The notes under the pieces: generated by a model | Told to the model about the DNA's origin: nothing | The model's input: the letters and a program-made list of their open reading frames with translations, nothing else | Database searches by the model: none | Program-made: the position numbers and the translations under genes | Shown here: one piece after another, positions 13,969-25,962 of the stretch | Layout of the letters: each line of letters opens with the position of its first letter | How positions within the stretch are numbered: position 1 is the first letter of the stretch | From: Ptychomitrium polyphyllum | Taxonomy: Eukaryota | Assembly: GCA_973851085.1 (NCBI GenBank) | Contig: OZ316776.1 | Span: 14,632,001 to 14,696,000 of the forward strand | Direction of reading: 5' to 3' | DNA: 64,000 nucleotides

Positions 13969-16900
13969 CATGGCTGAGACGAAAATTGTACATATTACAA
14001 GTAGACAAAATTTTCTAAATAGTGTAGACGGAGAAGAGGGAGACAAGAAAGAGGGAGATAGGTTTTCATTGTGGTGTAGGCACAATGTGGCTCCTTCTAT
14101 GGCATTCATATTGCGGGAGCTCATGTAGCTGATGCATCAGTAGTCTGTACTGAACTTACTGCTTTGAGATTTGAAGTGGTTGAGGACTGGAGTCTTTGAA
14201 ATACTGCTCTTGAGAAACTATGGCTCGCTGGCTGGCTACCCATTCCTGTATTTTGTCTTGTTTCCTGTTTGGAGTTGTGAACATGCGAACATAGGTTTGA
14301 TTTCTGGTGCAGTGTATTATGCTTCCAAGGTTGGCAAATAGTGTGTTACTAGAGAAAGTGCACGTTTTAAAATGGACCAAATTCGTCGATGTTGTGTTCA
14401 CTTTCTGACCATCTGTTAGGCCCAGTTCAGAGTGCACAGAAGCACCACATCGAGACTCGATGCTCTTTGGTGGATCTAGAAATTTGGACTACTCCAGGCT
14501 TTCAACCAGTCTGGCAGAAGCGATTATTCGAGGTATGTTTCTTTGATTGTAGTTCTCAGCGCCTGGTGGAGGAAAAATCTCATAATTTTCAACCTTGACT
14601 GTGATTCCTAACTGTCGCCGAAATTCACAGCTTTATACTGCTACTAGTAAGCGTCTATGGCTTCATGCAGGTTTTGAAAGTTACAGTACATGCGGAGGGA
14701 TCTGTATTTTCACAGATCATGTGTTCAAAGAAGTGAGGAGTGGTCGTCAAAAGTAGACTTACGGTGCTTTGAACGGTCAGCGGTCTGCACTGGGCCGGAG
14801 TACAATGGCAGTGTATAACGTTGGTTGTTTCCTTCAGCAGAAAATGCGCTTGAAGGTTTGCTTTTTCTTGGAAGAGCACAATTTGCATCGAAGAATCCTC
14901 CCAGCATAGAAGGATATGTCAGTCTCACCTATCCTGCACGACTGACTTATTCACCGTCTAGATACAGTGCACTTTGCGAGGTTTCGTCTCGTCAGCTACA
15001 CATACAATAGTTTCTATTATCAGAAACATGAAGAAACTCGATTGAAACTATTTATGACTACAGTTAATCTCGAGTCGTACCTCCATAAGTCCGCTGTTCA
15101 CAATTTCACTTAAAATGGGTGAACCGTGAACCTTACCAGTTGAAGGTATATTGCTGAAGGACACAAAGCATTGTAAACACACTTCGGGAAGAATTAGACT
15201 TTGAAGACATTGTGAAGAGTGTCGGGTCTAGTTGGAAAAAATTGGTGCTACGAAGGATTTAAAATAGAGCGAAGCTGAGGTTGTAAAACAGTCTCCCATA
15301 GATTCAGTAGCTTCAGTAGAATAATGATACATAGGTCAAACGATATTTTGTCTACTTGCGTAGTATCTCAGCCAGGCTTATTCAAATGTTCAGCTAAGGA
15401 TGGTACTAAGGTAAGCAGGCTCATTACCACCTTCTTTCATTAACCACCAGTGTTAAATGTAGGTCACCGCAGGTCCTCACCAGTAAAATGTTGGATGGTG
15501 GTCGTTTTAACGAGCTGTACTGCATTTAACAGTCCTTTGACTGGAAATTTTAAACTGATAGTTTAATTAAAAACACATGAACTTCAAGAATCTGTATGAT
15601 TTAAAATATTTTCAATTTGAAATTGTGGAACTGTCTTTACATTCATAATTTACACTTACAGAATATAACATCACTGCTCAAAACTCACATATGCAACTCT
15701 GTCCCACTACCTCCTCAAGACTTTCAAAACTTTATACTGGCTATCTCTTTTCACAACAAACAATGCTGCAGATCAATGACATGTAAAATTACTAGTGCAC
15801 ACAAGAAGTCTAGTTTGTGCATATATCACTTACATCTATAATAAAAAGCTTAGAAGCTACAGGTGTTGAAGAAATAAGAATTTTCTTACACTAATGAATC
15901 AATCAAACTCAAACTTTGTCCAACTCTTGTATGTTTCCACCATTCTAGAATGTCAGCCCAATTCTTTGCAGCGGGATGGATACCACATACAAATACTCAC
16001 ATCAAAGCATCAAGTGTACTCAATTGCAACCAAGATTATTATGTGTTTTTAATCAGGTTTTACTTGGAGAGGCCTTACTTGCACAACCTAAAACTTGCAG
16101 GAGTTACGATGACATTGTAATACTTTGTAAGACTTAAACTTTCATCCATTTGTTCCTTGTTGAAGTAAGATCTATTTACATACTGGTTTTGATTACATGT
16201 TAATTACATGATGTAGTATTTACTTTGGATTTAATTTTTTTTGGCGAGGTGTATGGTACTGTATCCAGTCATATGACAGGCTTGCTTTTCTGCAATTGGT
16301 CTTTCTGATGGACTATACAAATTGTTACTGGACTTTTAACAAGTAATTGGACATTTTTTATTGGCATTTGACTTGTGCATTGATTGGGCAAAAATGAACC
16401 TTAATAATCATTAGCTCTGTTCAAAGGTTAGTAACGACGAAACACAGTTTCAATAATTATTTTATGCAAAATGGGTTTCAGGAAATGGATGATATAGTGG
16501 TGGTAATGGGGTTAAAATTGAGTGCAAATGGATTCATGAAGTGATGGTAGTTTAAAAATATAAAATCCAAGTTATAGATAAGGATTTGTTACATGGCAAA
16601 ATTTTAATGAAATTTAAGTGATTTTTCATGCATTAGATGGTGGTTGTAACTTAATATTGTTATAGGTGATTGATGAAATAATTTGTTTGTGAAATACAGT
16701 TAATTTTTTTTGCATCAACACCCTTTGAAATATATTACACTTAAAAGTAATATTACTTTGAAATCTTGCATTTAAAAGTGAAGGTAACCATTTGAATTAT
16801 ATGAAGAAATTTACATCATTTCTTTACAAGTAAGAATTCATTGATGCTTATATAAGGCAAGATGTCTAGACTTTTGTAATTCCTAATGGTATCTTCATGT

Positions 16901-17387
16901 TATATCACTCAATATAAAACACTTCATACTTTACTCAAGAACATATCAATTAAATATTCATTTATAATTAGGAATATATATTTGTGCTTTGGAGTTTCTT
17001 GACAATATATTATTTTTATTACTAAAAAGTAATTGTTAAAAAATTTGGATGCATCTAACAATTATACTTTATTGTCATTCTTTGATAAGCTCCTTTGGTA
17101 TACGCATTAAAATACCTTTTAAACCTTCATTGTATGCATCTACAAAGCAATCCACCCTTCCAACCATTTTCATGCTTTGTATTAAGAAGATAGAAGTGCC
17201 ATACCCACAATGAATAGTTTCAAAAAAATTCATCCATGCAATTCTATTACTTCATTCTTGTCAAAAATACTTCTCTCTAAGTTGTATTGAAAAATATCAC
17301 ATACTTACAGTCAAGATAATTTAATATTATTGTCTTAAACTTTTCATTTTATAGAATATCCAAAAATAATTAGTTTCCAAAGTTTGA

Positions 17388-19628
17388 CTATGTGCTTTGA
17401 GAGAATTTTGTTATAAAGTGGACTTCCATTGGATTTGCTTTTGGTAAAAGAGGCATGGATACCTCAGACATAGCAAAATCAGCATTGCTAATATTGCCAA
17501 TTTGTTGCAATATGCGAACTACTTGCTCCATGGTTGGTCGAACTTCATGGTTTGGAAGACAACAACAAAGCCCCAAATTTAATAGGTTTTTAATGATCAT
17601 CATGTTAGATTCCTCAATACCATTGTTCTTAATACCTTTATTGTCTTTTACAAAGTTTGATGCACTACTTGAAAATAGATTAAGAGTTGTATCTATATAA
17701 GAAGAATTTCCTTGTAATCCTTTGAGCTGAATGCAAGATGCAATCAGTCTTCCATCCACAACATCAAGGTAAGTTCCAGTTTCATGAGCTTCCCAAGCGC
17801 TATTTAACAATGTAATAGTATCTTCATGATCAAGTTCATGGATTGCTGATGTACGCATATCCAAAGTGCCTTCCTTAGATAAAGGTTTTAGTATCACATT
17901 CCATTGTCTTACTCCTCCATTTATAATTGGCCTCCTTCCAGAAAGGACTTCAAGGATCAAGATGCCCAGGCTATAAACATCAGACGCTTTTGTTGCTTTT
18001 CCTGTGTAGGGTAGCTCTGGAGCCATGTAGCCAATCGTCCCTGCCGCCATCGTGGTTGTGTCCAACTTCTTGTGGTCCATCAAGCGTGCAAGTCCAAAGT
18101 CTCCAAGATGGGCCTTCAAATCAGCATCCAACATCACATTGCTCGACTTGATGTCTCGATGCAAAACACATTGTGGGCAATCCTTGTGCAAGTACTCAAG
18201 GGCCACCGCCACTCCGACCAGAATTCGATGCCGTGCTCTCAACGAGAGCACTCCTCTACGGCCGCCGTTGCCGCCGCCCGCATCGTGGAGCCATTCATCC
18301 AAGCCTCCATTGCTCATGTAGTCGTACACCAATAGCAACCGGCCTTTTTCATGGCACCAACCTTGCAGTTGAACCACGTTGCCGTGCCGGATTTGACTAA
18401 GGCTAGATATTTCGGCGGAAAAGGTTGCCTCAGCGTGCTTGGACTCGAAATTGAGGCGTTTCACGGCCAGCAAAATAGCACGGCCCTGGCTTTGGAAAGA
18501 GCCTTTGTAGACGGTTCCAAATGCACCGCTACCCAGCTTTTCAGTGCCACTGAAGTCCTTGGTTGCAATGCAAAGCTCCTTGTATGAAAACTTGCGTGGC
18601 CCCGAAGCATAGTTGAATGCCACAACACGGCAGTGCTTTGCGTACCGCCATGAAAGGCAGCCTATGACCAAGAAGGTTGCAAGTGCACCAAGGGCTCCAA
18701 ACGTAGGGCCAATCCATATGTTTTTGGAGGAAGAAATTGCCTCTTGAATGCCACCACTATAGAAGTTCCATGAATACAGTTCGTGAGCTTCAATACTAAC
18801 TTCTCTAGAGCTACCTACCAAGCTGATTTCAAAGTAGTCTCCCATAGTAGTTGGCAACTTGAAAGAAAGGTACTCAAAGAGGGGATTGAGAGGCTTATCT
18901 GTGTGAAGATGGGACCCATTCACGAGTCGCACTTGGAGGGTTTGTTGTGGAGTGAAATCGATCCAAGCTGTGAAGATACCTCCACCTGAAAGATATGAGC
19001 AATGAGTTTGATTGCCACCACAGAGGTTGTATATAGAGGCTGGTGGAAAGCCGGTTTTTGAATTGCCTCGGTCATTTATGGCAATGAAGTTGTTGCTCAG
19101 TTCGTTTCTTAGTGGATTGTAAACAATGCGGAACATCACGGCTACAGAAGAGTGTGTTGAAGAGTCCATGGGTTGGCATCCACCAGGTTGTGAATTGAAA
19201 GGACCCATATCTTGACCAGTTGATGCCTCTTTTGTAGTACTCTTGGTTAAATAAAACATCAATGCAGGTTCTGTTGGAGGACTTGTTATTGGTATTGAAG
19301 CATTCCAAATTGGACGATTTGGTGGAATTGTGAACTTGAATGTGAAGGAGGTGCTAAAAGGAGCAGTTCTTCCTGTAGCAGAGTCTAGAATTTTAAAGTT
19401 ATTTTTTGAATACATAAGCATTGCACAAGTTCCAGTTGAAGTATTAGCTGATTTAGCATTCATAATCCATGAGTGATTTTTTGCATTGAATTGGATGTCT
19501 CCATAAGCTTTTATATCAGAGTCATTTGCAGAGAATCGTGGAAAGCTAATATTGGTAATTTCGGCTGTAGCTAATAAACCAATAATAATTTGGACAAAGA
19601 GAAGCAGTATAATTTCAAAATTATACAT
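17388..19628 (-). CDS. L-type (legume) lectin receptor-like kinase, 746 aa, intronless (LecRK-A)
   Basis: Signal peptide; lectin motifs (ISFPRFS, FSTSFTF, FTAWIDF, HELYSWNF); TM IWIGPTFGALGALATFLVIGCLSW; GPRKFSYKEL; kinase GSGAFGTVYKG, AVKR, HRDIKSSN, DFGLAR, GTIGYMAPE. Confidence 0.95.
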   Translation of the reverse strand: MYNFEIILLLFVQIIIGLLATAEITNISFPRFSANDSDIKAYGDIQFNAKNHSWIMNAKSANTSTGTCAMLMYSKNNFKILDSATGRTAPFSTSFTFKFTIPPNRPIWNASIPITSPPTEPALMFYLTKSTTKEASTGQDMGPFNSQPGGCQPMDSSTHSSVAVMFRIVYNPLRNELSNNFIAINDRGNSKTGFPPASIYNLCGGNQTHCSYLSGGGIFTAWIDFTPQQTLQVRLVNGSHLHTDKPLNPLFEYLSFKLPTTMGDYFEISLVGSSREVSIEAHELYSWNFYSGGIQEAISSSKNIWIGPTFGALGALATFLVIGCLSWRYAKHCRVVAFNYASGPRKFSYKELCIATKDFSGTEKLGSGAFGTVYKGSFQSQGRAILLAVKRLNFESKHAEATFSAEISSLSQIRHGNVVQLQGWCHEKGRLLLVYDYMSNGGLDEWLHDAGGGNGGRRGVLSLRARHRILVGVAVALEYLHKDCPQCVLHRDIKSSNVMLDADLKAHLGDFGLARLMDHKKLDTTTMAAGTIGYMAPELPYTGKATKASDVYSLGILILEVLSGRRPIINGGVRQWNVILKPLSKEGTLDMRTSAIHELDHEDTITLLNSAWEAHETGTYLDVVDGRLIASCIQLKGLQGNSSYIDTTLNLFSSSASNFVKDNKGIKNNGIEESNMMIIKNLLNLGLCCCLPNHEVRPTMEQVVRILQQIGNISNADFAMSEVSMPLLPKANPMEVHFITKFSQST
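17928..19029 (-). repeat. Inverted-repeat arm 1 (1102 nt) shared with 26598-27699
   Basis: Position x pairs with 45627-x throughout, with no indels. The antisense-frame ORFs of the two copies translate identically, so synonymous sites also match. Confidence 0.95.
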
Positions 19629-22600
19629 TGCAAGATAACTTGGTCATAACAAAGTGAATCTTTTTAAGGAAGTTTGAAAATCTGCAACTCAGAGAAAATG
19701 TCTTAGCTTGATGCATATTAGGTGACTTTCTTCTTCCTAAAAGAAAGAGCTAAATTGCAACTTCAAACAACGAGGTCTCATTATCACTGAAGGACTAAAG
19801 CCTTTATCTTGGTACAAAAATATCAAAACTTAGCCAAAAATTGTGTGAGAATTTTTTAATTAATGCTACACAAAATGGATTTTTTTGGAAAAGCCCATTT
19901 GTCATTGTAGTATATTTTCATATCATTCTTCTCAAGGCTCTTCAATGGCGTCTTTATCTGTTAAAGGATCACTTTGTTGTTAAAACAACTGTGTATTAAA
20001 CACAAAGGCTATGCTTAAACCAAAGTCATTGATCTTGCTTATTGCTTGTTGTTATTTGCATTGAATACATTCAATGTAATGTATATTTCACTCTCCACCT
20101 TCCCAGGCTAGGATGAGGTGCTCCATACATGAAGAATATTATGCCCCACTGCGATTGAAAATGAAAGAAGACAACACTGCACTTGAAGATTCCCAGCTTC
20201 TCTATGGTTTCTTTCTTTGAAGAAGCACTTTGCATATGCTGCATTTTCATCACATATATACTCTTGTGCACTGGGCCAACTATTCGGAAGGTTCAGTATG
20301 AATTGAACAAAGCCTTTTCCATTTGAAAAGCTGAAGATATACGTAGAAGGCTGGAGAAAGTGAAGTGGATTGAAAGGAGTGAGGAGGTATTCAAAGTTCA
20401 GTGCACATAATAGCAGGCACCCCAATTTTTAAAAAGTATTTTTGGGTGCAAATGAAGTGAATTCATTGCAAGGAATTTGCACTCTTGTATATAAGAAAAC
20501 ACACGTCAAGGCGGCAACTCCTGGGACAGACTCAAGACCAAAAAATCTACACCAGGTTACCTAGCAACATCCAGGGTGCCAATGCTTCCACTGGAACTTG
20601 AGATTAGAGGGGGTACAAAGGAGATTGCTCCTGCACTGGACCCTGTCAAGTGCTTCAAGGATAGTGTGCATCTTCTCTAGAGAAATGGACTTTTTACCTG
20701 CTTCTTGAGCTCTTCTAGCAGCCACCCTGGAATGGTCAAGGATACTCTCCGGCCCGCATGAAGGACCAGAAATTTACTGATGTCTCTTCACAAAATCACT
20801 CTAGTTACATTGTAATTCAGAGTGTACAAGTTCCTTGAGAATCAGAGCATAAAGTATATCCTCTAGAGAAGTCTTCTAGGCTTCGGTCACAGCTAGAAGG
20901 TCTGAAAAAAACATAAATTGACTCTTAAGGGAGCAGAACTCCGGCCTCAGGAGCACAGTGTGACTTCAGAGGACTGCGGTCCTTAAAGACTGCTTGAATT
21001 TCTGCTGTACATGTACAGCACCGGCCAACAAAGATAAGTATTTTTGTTTTTCAAAGACTTGCCATTAAAATTCGATAAATTTAGACTGTGTGAGTCAAAG
21101 TTGGATATGTTGTTCACTGAACAAAGATAGTAGATTCCCTACAAATTAGTTTTCTTTTAGCATGATTTGTTATTTAAATCTTTCTCAACTTAATTATCTT
21201 AATTGTAGTGATGACACATGTGCTATAATGACATATGGAGGTGTTGTAAAGGTTCATGTTGTCAAAATCATCAAAATATATGAATATAATACTACTTAAA
21301 TTAAATGGTGCAACATGTCAAGGTACTAGTAGTAAGAAATCTTACATATCTATTTCATTTATTTTATTACTATCTTGCTTTTTAAAGTTAGCACCTATTT
21401 TTATTTAAAATTCAATCTCCACACCTAAGCCCTTTATGGTCACCCTATTTTTTTTTCTATAAAAAAATTATATTTTTAGGAATGTGCCTTTTTTTTTTTT
21501 TTTCTTTCTTTGAATTACACATATAATTTTTCTTTATGGTTCAATAGCAAATTGCATTATATATTCAATGAAACTTTTAGCACTCAATTCCATCTAGTGT
21601 ATTAAAAAGCATGCACATTCAAAGATTGATAAATCACCAATTTTAGTGTTAGTGTTGAATAGTTTGAATTGACAGTTGAACAAACCATTATTTTGAAAGA
21701 ATTTGTTAGGTTGAGATTTGTTGAAATTTATTATTACTAAGACATCATAAGTTTTATATTTGCAATTTAAAGATATATTATAAACATATTTTAGTGTTTT
21801 TAATCAAAACTTAAAATATATACAAAATATTGTATTTGACACTTGATAGCATTAAAGATGTATGTGTGATACCTTCTATATATTATTTGTGCATGAAACA
21901 TAAAATATCATATATCATACAAAATCCATGTTCATCTCAATACCTACGTAACTTTTGCAAAAATAAAGGTTTTCAAAATGTATTAGGATTCAAAAGCAAT
22001 TTGTAAATTTAATTATTTGTAATTTCATTAGAATTATAAATAGTTAAATTTTGGATTTTTGTACTCATTAGCAAAATAGAATAAGGTAATGGATCTCCAT
22101 ATTGTTTGAAAATAATACCTTATTATGGAAAAAAAAACTACATTCAAGCCATTGAAATACATATTATTTTCATTATGAATTCAACTTTCATATTATTTGG
22201 TTTGAATATAATGAATGAATTTCATATAATCTTCTTTAATGATGATTAGAATCATGAATCGGAAATAAAATAACAAATGATACAATAATATTAAAGCAAT
22301 TGCAACTTAAATCACAAATTATGGAAAGACAAATATATAAAGAACATGATTGCAAATTAATGAATCAAAATATGAACATTTACTTTGTTGTATGTAGAAA
22401 TACAAGGTATCACAATATTAATAACTATGGGATATATTTCAAACACCCTTATAAATTATGATTATGAATCCAAATTATAAAAATTATATTTGTATCATCA
22501 TTTTATGCATGGTTGTCACTTCTTACAAAATAAATTTATTAAAGCCTAAAAATCCTCTATGTATTTCTTATAAATTATTAAGTAATTGTACAATTTAAGA

Positions 22601-25600
22601 AAAAAAACTTTCAATTTATTTATACATGTATACAATGGAATAGAGAATTCAAAGCTAAAACAAATATATGTCTATATAGAAGAAGATGGGATGTAAAAGA
22701 ATATGAAATTATTTATATAAAGAAAAAAAGCACACAAATGATTGTATGTTTATATGTAATTTTTATTTCATATGATGCATGCATGTAGTATTTGTTATTT
22801 GATATAAATGAAGGTTCAAGATATTGCAGTTATGATATAATATAGCATTAATTCTTTGATTGTCACAATGTTGAGAATATAAAACAACTTGTAAGAATTG
22901 ACAAACTTCATTTGTTTAATTCACTAAACTTTAGCAATAAAATAAAAATTAATTGCAATAAATTTTTGTAATGCTAAAATGTCTTTTAATGTTATTGTAA
23001 GTAATTGGGTCCTATTTTGTTGATAATTGGATTCTATTTTGTTAATGATTGCAAATGAGCAAGATAAGAAGCTTTTTTTATCTATAAAATTTCATCAACT
23101 CCTTAATTGCAAAGCATCCTATTGTGTTAGAAATTTTGTTAGAAATATATTAATGATTTTAAAAATCTTAGTAGGTAACTTAAAGAGAGAAAATTTGTGT
23201 TAGAAATTTAGAAAACATATTGAAATTGAAATTTAACTAATTGCTAAACTATTTACTTAATTTTTTCATAGTCATTTTTCATTTTCTATGATCAAATATT
23301 GTGATTTATATAACCTCTTAGAATGAAATTTGTTACAATATGTGTTTAATCTTGTAATCTTTGAAATCATACTACGATATCATGAAATTTTTAATATTTT
23401 GATGCTTTAAGGGTTGTAATTTTTGAAATAAAGGATAAATTTTGGAAGGTTTTGAAGCCAAAGACGTATAAGGAATTAAATAAAATCCCTTTATATAAAA
23501 TAGTTGCTATGCCAATTAGACATAAAAATAATCAATACATTGTGTAATTTAGTGGTTTTTCTTAGCTTTCCTTTTAATGTCTTGGTTTCGATTGAAATCT
23601 TTAGTGTTAAGCATAATCGGGCAAGATTTCATATAATAATTTTGTTTTAAGTTTACGTCTATTAACTCTTTTAATTAGAGGTATCATATTCATTTTATGA
23701 TTACTTGTAGTATTATTTTGCATTACAAATTTTCAAATTAGTTAATGTGAATTATCTAAATAATGATGATATTCTTCACTATGATTACTTATAGCAATTA
23801 AAGCAATTCATCCTGATTTTGAAAAGTGGAAAATTAATACTAAATGATAGTGAGAGCATACAGTAATAAATGCATGAAGACATGACTTTAGTTTGATAAC
23901 TTTACACACAAGCACCCTTTATCTTCAATTAATTACATTTCTCAAAAAAAAAATTACCTTTTAAAGTGTATAGCATTATGCTTATGGGAGAGGAGATTCG
24001 AAGGAGTCATTGAAGAATATCATAGATGGCTCAATGGTGCCAAGAAGGGTCCAAAAATTACAGTATTAAACTTAAGCTCATGCCATGTTGTGGGTGTGCT
24101 GAATGCGTGACACGTTTGAATAAATCTGAACTTCAAACAGAAGCAGACCCTTTGTACCATGTTGGGTATGCCTGAAAATGTGCCACGTACCAGGCTGACA
24201 ATTTGGAAACTCAAGAGATCAACTGTAGAGATTGATAAATTTCTTCAAAACAGTCATGCTCCTTGTCAACGTAGTCAAACTTTGGTCATCTTAAAACTTA
24301 TGTTTTAAAAACCTAAGAGCTTCAAATTTCGAAAATCACTGTTATACATGAATTTATGTTATTACTGTGAGTTTAGGGTTTCTCAAAAAAGAATCGTATG
24401 AAATTTGAAATCATCATGGACTCTTATAATTAGAAGACTTCTAAAAGTCATATCAATCAGAACAGTTATCCAGAATTATGAATTTTATTCCAGATGCAAA
24501 TCACAACAAAAAGTGTAGTAATTTACTTGAAAGCAAAGAATATCTTTTTAGAAAATTCAGTATGCAAAATCATTTTGAAGAGTAAATTAATTCTTGATCC
24601 ATTGAGTTTGTAATTGCTATAAGAGATTTAGTATTTGGAATGGTTCTTTTTTTGTAAAGTGAAATAGAAACCAAACTTTACTAGCTTAAAAATATTAACC
24701 CCTTTGAATGAAATAGCTATTGTTTTGAAAATGAGGATTAAGTTTGATAAAAAGAGCTAGTTTTAGGCTTCTTAGGTACGTAGGAATTAAGATAGGCTTT
24801 CTATAATTGCTTGTGTGTTTTTTACTAATGGATCATTTAAAACTTGAAATCAAAAATAATAATTAGGTAGAACATTGGTTGAGATGTGATTCTAAGTGTG
24901 TCTAGGGTCATACTTACTAATCTATTACTTTCAGCTTCAACAATTTGTTGCAAATCATGAAAAATCTTGGAAATTTTTTTGGAGGTTTTAAAACTAAATG
25001 CTATATTGAAGTTGCTACATTTCAAACTTAAATCATTGTTTATGTTAAATTGCTTAAATTAATATTTTTAGAAAATATTCCTTATATAATTAGGATCTTT
25101 GATAATAAACAAGATTTGTATTGTAATGTTTCAATGGATCTTGATTTAAAAGTATAAAATGCTACTCTGCAATAATTGAATATTACAAAATTCTTTTATA
25201 ATCCAACATTAATGCATCATTTCTAAGTATTTTCTATTGTTTTAAAGTATTTTCTACAAATTATAGTGCAAGGATATAGAAGTAACATTCTTCAGCCACA
25301 TGATTATGCGTCACTTCTAGAAAAGAGGTTGTAGATAAAAGTTCTATTGTAGCCAATATCTAATAATATTAGCTCTTTAAAAAAACTAATAGTGTAGTAG
25401 TCTTATTGATCATAATGCACATTTATTCAACTAAAAAATGTTTTAATAATGCACTTATTTTAATCCTTTGAAGGAAAAATAATACATTCTATTTTCCTTC
25501 CAACAGGAATCTTCATCCACATGAACCTCAAAAAGAAAGAATACGTGGTGCATTCAACTTGGTAATACTTTGAGACATGATTGGGAATAAATCTTGAACA

Positions 25601-25962
25601 TGGTCAACAGACATGACATCCTGTACGAGGATGCTGAGCATGCAGTGCAATGACTTGAAGTGAAAGTTAATAATTTTCAGTATTGAAAGATCGCATATGT
25701 TCCATGAAGGAATCATGCATGTGGCAATACCAGATTAAGTGGCAATACAAAACTTACAAACTACTTTCCTTGACCAGAAGCAATGCCAAACAGAGGAAGC
25801 TTTGCCAAAGATGTGATGTGTAAAATGCAAGGTTTCTATGCGTTTGAAAAGGAAACCTTATAACTAGAGGAGGTAGTAGTTAGAAGTTTAAAGCGTTGAT
25901 AGCCAAGGGGTTCAATTTGAGCTACTTATTTGGGTCTGTTTAACTAGCTTCCGAAATCATCC

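Noticed and set aside
17927..18587. Identical small ORFs here and at 27040-27700
   Set aside because: Antisense frames of the LecRK kinase region; useful only as evidence of nucleotide identity.
19629..25962. W-boxes (TTGACY) at 20734, 20918, 21093, 24273, 25602 and 25770 in the LecRK spacer
   Set aside because: A rough estimate gives about this many by chance in 6.3 kb of AT-rich DNA, so there is no evident enrichment.
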